Of a stretch of DNA of 64,000 nucleotides, positions 60,177 to 64,000 are shown one piece after another (position 1 is the stretch's first letter; each line of letters begins with the position of its first letter). The stretch covers positions 1-64,000 of IMG/VR virus record IMGVR_UViG_3300011113_000491; one strand, written 5' to 3'. Both the position numbers and the translations under genes were made by a program. The DNA is from a virus. The notes under the pieces are model-generated. The model was given only the letters and a program-made list of their open reading frames with translations, ran no database searches and was not told where the DNA came from.

Positions 60177-61184
60177 TCATGCTCCAAAAATATTATTAAT
60201 CTGATTATTAACTCTGACAAATGTAGTACACTTTGGTAGATGCTTTAGTCTACTTGCACCAACATAGGTACAAGCAGATCGCAACCCACCTAGAATTTCG
60301 TTCAGGACATTGTTGACACTTCCCTTGTATTCTACCTGAACAAGTTTTCCTTCGCTAGCCCGGTGGGATGCTACCCCACCGAAATGCTTCTTCATGGCAA
60401 ACTCCGACGACATGCCATAAAAAGTTTTGTGTGTTAGAACACCATTTGAATATACTGGTGTTCCTTCAGACTCATCGGTGCCGGAAAACATCCCACCGAG
60501 CATAACGAAGTCAGCGCCCCCTCCGAAGGACTTTGCGATATCACCGGGACAGGTGCACCCACCATCCGCCATGATATGACCTCCCAGACCGTGTGCTGCA
60601 TCGGCGCACTCCATCACTGCTGAGAGTTGAGGATATCCCACCCCGGTCATCTTGCGTGTTGTGCATACGCTTCCGGGGCCGATTCCAACCTTGACTATAT
60701 CCGCGCCTGACAGGAGTAGTGCTTCTGTCATTTCCGCTGTTACTACATTCCCTGCTATGATTATTGCATTCTTCCATTTTTGTCTTGTTTCCTTTACTAG
60801 ATCAACAAATACTTCCGTATATCCATTTGCTACATCCAAACAGATAAACGGAACATCTTCATTATAAAACTCTTGTAGATTTTCCCTACTTGCCTCGTCA
60901 AGTCCGCAAGTCAACGCGATATATTCTTTATTTAGAATTTGATCATATTCGCCCTTGCTGATAAACTTGTGCATACAAGTAACACACCTGTAAGGACTTA
61001 GGGCATTTGCCATTTTTGATACGCCAATAGTATCCATGTTGGCAGCCACGATTGGAATACCAGTCCAAGTTCTTTTACTGTGCAAAAAGGTAAAGGTTCT
61101 AGTTAGATCTACTTCTGCTCGGGATGTCAACTTAGAACGCTTTGGACGAATCAATACATCAGAATAATCAAGTTTCATTTCCAT
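60177..61184 (-). CDS. guaC: GMP reductase
   Basis: KLDYSDVLIRPKRS.L.SR.EVDL.R.F, IPIVAANMD, CLDVANGY, KVGIGPGSVCTTR..TGVGYPQLSAV.EC, YGMSS, RASEGK, GGLRSACTYVGA. Confidence 0.95.
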   Translation of the reverse strand: MEMKLDYSDVLIRPKRSKLTSRAEVDLTRTFTFLHSKRTWTGIPIVAANMDTIGVSKMANALSPYRCVTCMHKFISKGEYDQILNKEYIALTCGLDEASRENLQEFYNEDVPFICLDVANGYTEVFVDLVKETRQKWKNAIIIAGNVVTAEMTEALLLSGADIVKVGIGPGSVCTTRKMTGVGYPQLSAVMECADAAHGLGGHIMADGGCTCPGDIAKSFGGGADFVMLGGMFSGTDESEGTPVYSNGVLTHKTFYGMSSEFAMKKHFGGVASHRASEGKLVQVEYKGSVNNVLNEILGGLRSACTYVGASRLKHLPKCTTFVRVNNQINNIFGA

Positions 61185-61398
61185 TAGATTTCTTTCCACT
61201 ATTCTTTCCACCCATATGTGTTTCAATATGGAGTTGGAGAGACTTCATCTTCTTTGCAAGAGTTTTTCTATCTGCCTTGTCAAGAAGATACTGCTCATAA
61301 GTATACACTGCCTGCGTTGCAAGTTCAATCAGTTCGATGACATATTCATCATCATGTGCGTTTTGTTTAGTTCTCCCGAACAACTTCAATTTCCTCAA
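61168..61398 (-). CDS. Hypothetical protein
   Basis: 76-aa ORF filling the gap; start uncertain. Confidence 0.5.
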   Translation of the reverse strand: MRKLKLFGRTKQNAHDDEYVIELIELATQAVYTYEQYLLDKADRKTLAKKMKSLQLHIETHMGGKNSGKKSNGNET

Positions 61399-61675
61399 AA
61401 AGATTCAACTGATTATCATTTAGTTCTTGATTGTAATTCTTTAAAAAATTCAGAGCCTGAAGAACACATTCGGCAAGTTCACTCGATGCGTTTGAATCAT
61501 ACACATCAATACTTTCATTAGAATTCCAATTACTAAAATGAAGACCAATTACTCCATTTTCATTTTTTCTTAGAGTTATGAATGGATTTTTAGATTCTTC
61601 TGGAAAAATTTCACAAATGAATTGAATATCTCCATTGAGATAATTATCAGAGTTTGAGTCTACCTTTATGTTCAT
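61367..61675 (-). CDS. Hypothetical protein
   Basis: 102 aa; AGGA SD; ATGA overlap. Confidence 0.6.
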   Translation of the reverse strand: MNIKVDSNSDNYLNGDIQFICEIFPEESKNPFITLRKNENGVIGLHFSNWNSNESIDVYDSNASSELAECVLQALNFLKNYNQELNDNQLNLFEEIEVVREN

Positions 61676-62001
61676 AATAATTCCTTTATTTTTAAACTTT
61701 CTGTTTTGGATTGCATTAGATCTTGAGTTGTATAGAAATATATTACGCTACTCAATCTAAAACTTTTCCACTCCTTATCAATTATATCATAAACTGGAAC
61801 GAGATCAACATCTTTCTGAAAAGGAGAGAATATTTCTTGCAAAGATCTTCTCGCATTTCTATTAAGCATACCATAATTCAATGAGCAATACAAACTTCTA
61901 TATTTTCCATTTGTCACTTTTTGAAAATAAACCTTACACACTCCGGCAGATAGATATTTAAGAACCAAATCTCTTTGTAATTGATTTTCCTTTAACATCA
62001 C
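61672..62001 (-). CDS. WYL-like / SH3-fold phage protein
   Basis: VYFQKVTNGKYRSLYCSL...VPVYDIIDKEWKSFR pattern of WYL_2/DUF2693-like proteins. Confidence 0.65.
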   Translation of the reverse strand: MMLKENQLQRDLVLKYLSAGVCKVYFQKVTNGKYRSLYCSLNYGMLNRNARRSLQEIFSPFQKDVDLVPVYDIIDKEWKSFRLSSVIYFYTTQDLMQSKTESLKIKELL

Positions 62002-63593
62002 TCATCTCCAGGCATTGTTTCCGGTAGTTTAAAGTGTTTTCTCAGTTTCTTTAGTACTTCTTTTGCTGCTTTTCTGTTTTCACCAAAACGCCAATTATAT
62101 TCTTGCCAACCATGAGATTCTTTTATTGGTGTTTGTGATTCCATATGAGCCTTTAGATCATCTTTAAGTTTATCTGAGTACTTAGTGCCTTTTGTACCAA
62201 ATGCATCACTACCCACAGCACCAGTCTCCAACCATTTCTTTCCGCCGCCGGCGCCCTGATTATGACTGTATGCTAATACTTCTAGTTGTTTATGTTTTGG
62301 AAGATTTCTATATTGAGGACTTAGTTTTGTTAAAACTCTGTGATTGGCAATAGTAAATCCTGCTAACATATCTTCTTGCATTTGTGGATTTGCTCTAAAT
62401 TGTTCTCTCGCAGAAGTATGATGTCCTGGGTCATCAATACCTAAAACCCTTGCAGCATCCGTCTTTGCATCACGACCTAATTGATATCTACCATCGTAGT
62501 GTTTTCCAGCACCACCTGCAACGCTATAATCTCCACCAGATTCAATGTGTGATAATGATCCACGAAAGACATTCCATGTATCAGCATCAATTCCTAAATG
62601 CTGTGTGATAAGCTCATGAGGAACTTTGACACCAGAGTGTTGTGCTGTTTGCGTTGGTTTTGCTTCTGGTGTATGTGTCACTTTAGTCTGTACTTGACCT
62701 AGTGGATTTGCATTTCTTGGATGTACAGTAGGAGTTTTAGAAACTTGTGTTTCTAATGGTTTTTGTGGAAACAGTGTTCTATTCAAAGAAGTCCCTACTG
62801 CTTTCCCACCTAACATAGCTCCACCGGCGGCTGCCAAACCTAGTCCAACTGCTGCTACCTTTTTCATTAATTTTGATTCATTTAAAGACAATGATGCGTC
62901 TCTCATCTGTTCCATATGATCATTCATTTTATCAAGATAACCAGAATTACGCAACTCCTTGAATACTAAATTTTCATAAGAGAACTCGCCTGACTTTTTA
63001 AGTCCTGCCACTCTCATGTTTTTAATTTTATCTTTGAGTGTCTTAAAAGAGAACTCATTTGCTCCACCAGAAACTAAATCATCAATTCTATTTTTAAGAT
63101 GATCTATTTTGTGAAGAAGATGTGGGTTATCATAATCAACACGGACATGGTGAGGGTGTACCAACCAGTCATCGTTCTTTAGACTATACACCCCTTGATC
63201 TTTTTGATATGGGTCATTGACATCTTGAGCATATAGTTCAACATCATGACCTTTTACTTTGACATCGTGAATCTTTGACCAAAGTTCTTTTTTATCTTTT
63301 AGATATTCATCAACAAACTCGGGAGCAGCATCCATTTGATCTTTGTGAATGACAAAGTGTATATCAAGATCAGAATGTTCGGTATAATTGTAATTTGCAT
63401 TACCACCAACTAGAATAATATCTTCTATTATGCTATTTGGTATTTTTGCAAACTCTTGCCAAAACTTTGCAACATACAAAAGATGATTTCTGATTTCTGG
63501 TTTTAATTTATCATTTTCCCAGAAAACAGGATTCAACTCATCATGATACTGAAGAGTTAGTGATTCTTTGATGTATGATGAAAAAGTTTTCAT
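61998..63593 (-). CDS. Nucleotidyltransferase-like domain plus lysozyme/transglycosylase-like domain, putative head-packaged protein
   Basis: MKTFSSYIKES leader; ILVGGNANYNYTEHSDLDIHFV...VELYAQ; hydrophobic helix; SHIESGGDYS...GRYQLG. Confidence 0.75.
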   Translation of the reverse strand: MKTFSSYIKESLTLQYHDELNPVFWENDKLKPEIRNHLLYVAKFWQEFAKIPNSIIEDIILVGGNANYNYTEHSDLDIHFVIHKDQMDAAPEFVDEYLKDKKELWSKIHDVKVKGHDVELYAQDVNDPYQKDQGVYSLKNDDWLVHPHHVRVDYDNPHLLHKIDHLKNRIDDLVSGGANEFSFKTLKDKIKNMRVAGLKKSGEFSYENLVFKELRNSGYLDKMNDHMEQMRDASLSLNESKLMKKVAAVGLGLAAAGGAMLGGKAVGTSLNRTLFPQKPLETQVSKTPTVHPRNANPLGQVQTKVTHTPEAKPTQTAQHSGVKVPHELITQHLGIDADTWNVFRGSLSHIESGGDYSVAGGAGKHYDGRYQLGRDAKTDAARVLGIDDPGHHTSAREQFRANPQMQEDMLAGFTIANHRVLTKLSPQYRNLPKHKQLEVLAYSHNQGAGGGKKWLETGAVGSDAFGTKGTKYSDKLKDDLKAHMESQTPIKESHGWQEYNWRFGENRKAAKEVLKKLRKHFKLPETMPGDE

Positions 63594-63799
63594 TTTTTAA
63601 TTGTCTTTGGTTTTGGTGTAGGGTTTGATATAGGTTTTGGTGTAGGCTTCCGACCATATATATCGTCTATATTAAATCTCATATCATCTAGTGCTTCAGC
63701 AGAATATGCTGTTCCACGATATACTGGTTCTTTTGGTTTATCAAAATCAAAAGTGAGTTGTTCCCCAACTTCTAGAAGATATTGTTTGAATGATTTCAT
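63590..63799 (-). CDS. Small putative internal head protein
   Basis: MKSFKQYLLE leader, 5 nt after TATAAATA. Confidence 0.6.
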   Translation of the reverse strand: MKSFKQYLLEVGEQLTFDFDKPKEPVYRGTAYSAEALDDMRFNIDDIYGRKPTPKPISNPTPKPKTIKK

Positions 63800-63804
63800 G
63801 CTAT

Positions 63805-63816
63805 TATTTATAAATA
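63805..63816. promoter_or_regulatory. Overlapping divergent late promoters
   Basis: Palindrome TATTTATAAATA gives TATAAATA on both strands between divergent genes. Confidence 0.75.
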
Positions 63817-63850
63817 ACAAAGTACATACATATATTTAAAGGAAACTATT

Positions 63851-64000
63851 ATGAACTTAAAAGAATACTATAAAGAATTACTTTCAGAGCAACTATTGAA
63901 TGAAATAGGTGCAGCAAAATTAGGAAGAATCGAAAAATCAATTAAAAGAAAAGAAGCACAAAAAGATAAAACAACAGCGGCAATTGATTCCAGTCGCGGA
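63851..64000 (+). CDS. Putative internal head protein, partial
   Basis: AAGGA SD; MNLKEYYKELLSEQLLNEIG..., open to window end. Confidence 0.55.
   Translation, partial: MNLKEYYKELLSEQLLNEIGAAKLGRIEKSIKRKEAQKDKTTAAIDSSRG

Overview
This window is part of a T4-like myovirus genome. About 1-49 kb is an AT-rich virion morphogenesis block: portal gp20, tube gp19, a short sheath gp18, terminases gp17/gp16, gp15/14/13, fibre genes, baseplate gp8/7/6/25/hub/53/48, gp4, gp54, gp26/gp51 and a possible tape measure. It is followed by gp32, gp33 and an accessory region with tmRNA, three tRNAs, an HNH gene, a deaminase, a DenV-like gene, guaC, a planctomycete-type prepilin/DUF1559-like gene and putative head-packaged proteins. 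The host is inferred, not shown, to be a planctomycete. Main observations: (1) an 18-kb run of four very cysteine-rich 'GACC-repeat' fibre proteins, three with collagen-like N-termini and three with DUF1566-like tips, next to a small CxxC protein; (2) a T_TTT_TTC -1 slippery site that would fuse gp26 to a start-less gp51; (3) a D-armless tRNA-Arg(UCU) whose D-loop-like sequence sits in the variable-arm position, a tRNA-Ile(UAU) with a non-canonical T-loop, and a candidate triple-pseudoknot RNA upstream of tRNA-Lys; (4) a trypsin-like domain fused to a baseplate attachment domain; (5) a recurrent G-x-T motif in virion proteins. All family calls come from motif recognition by eye; no database search was run.
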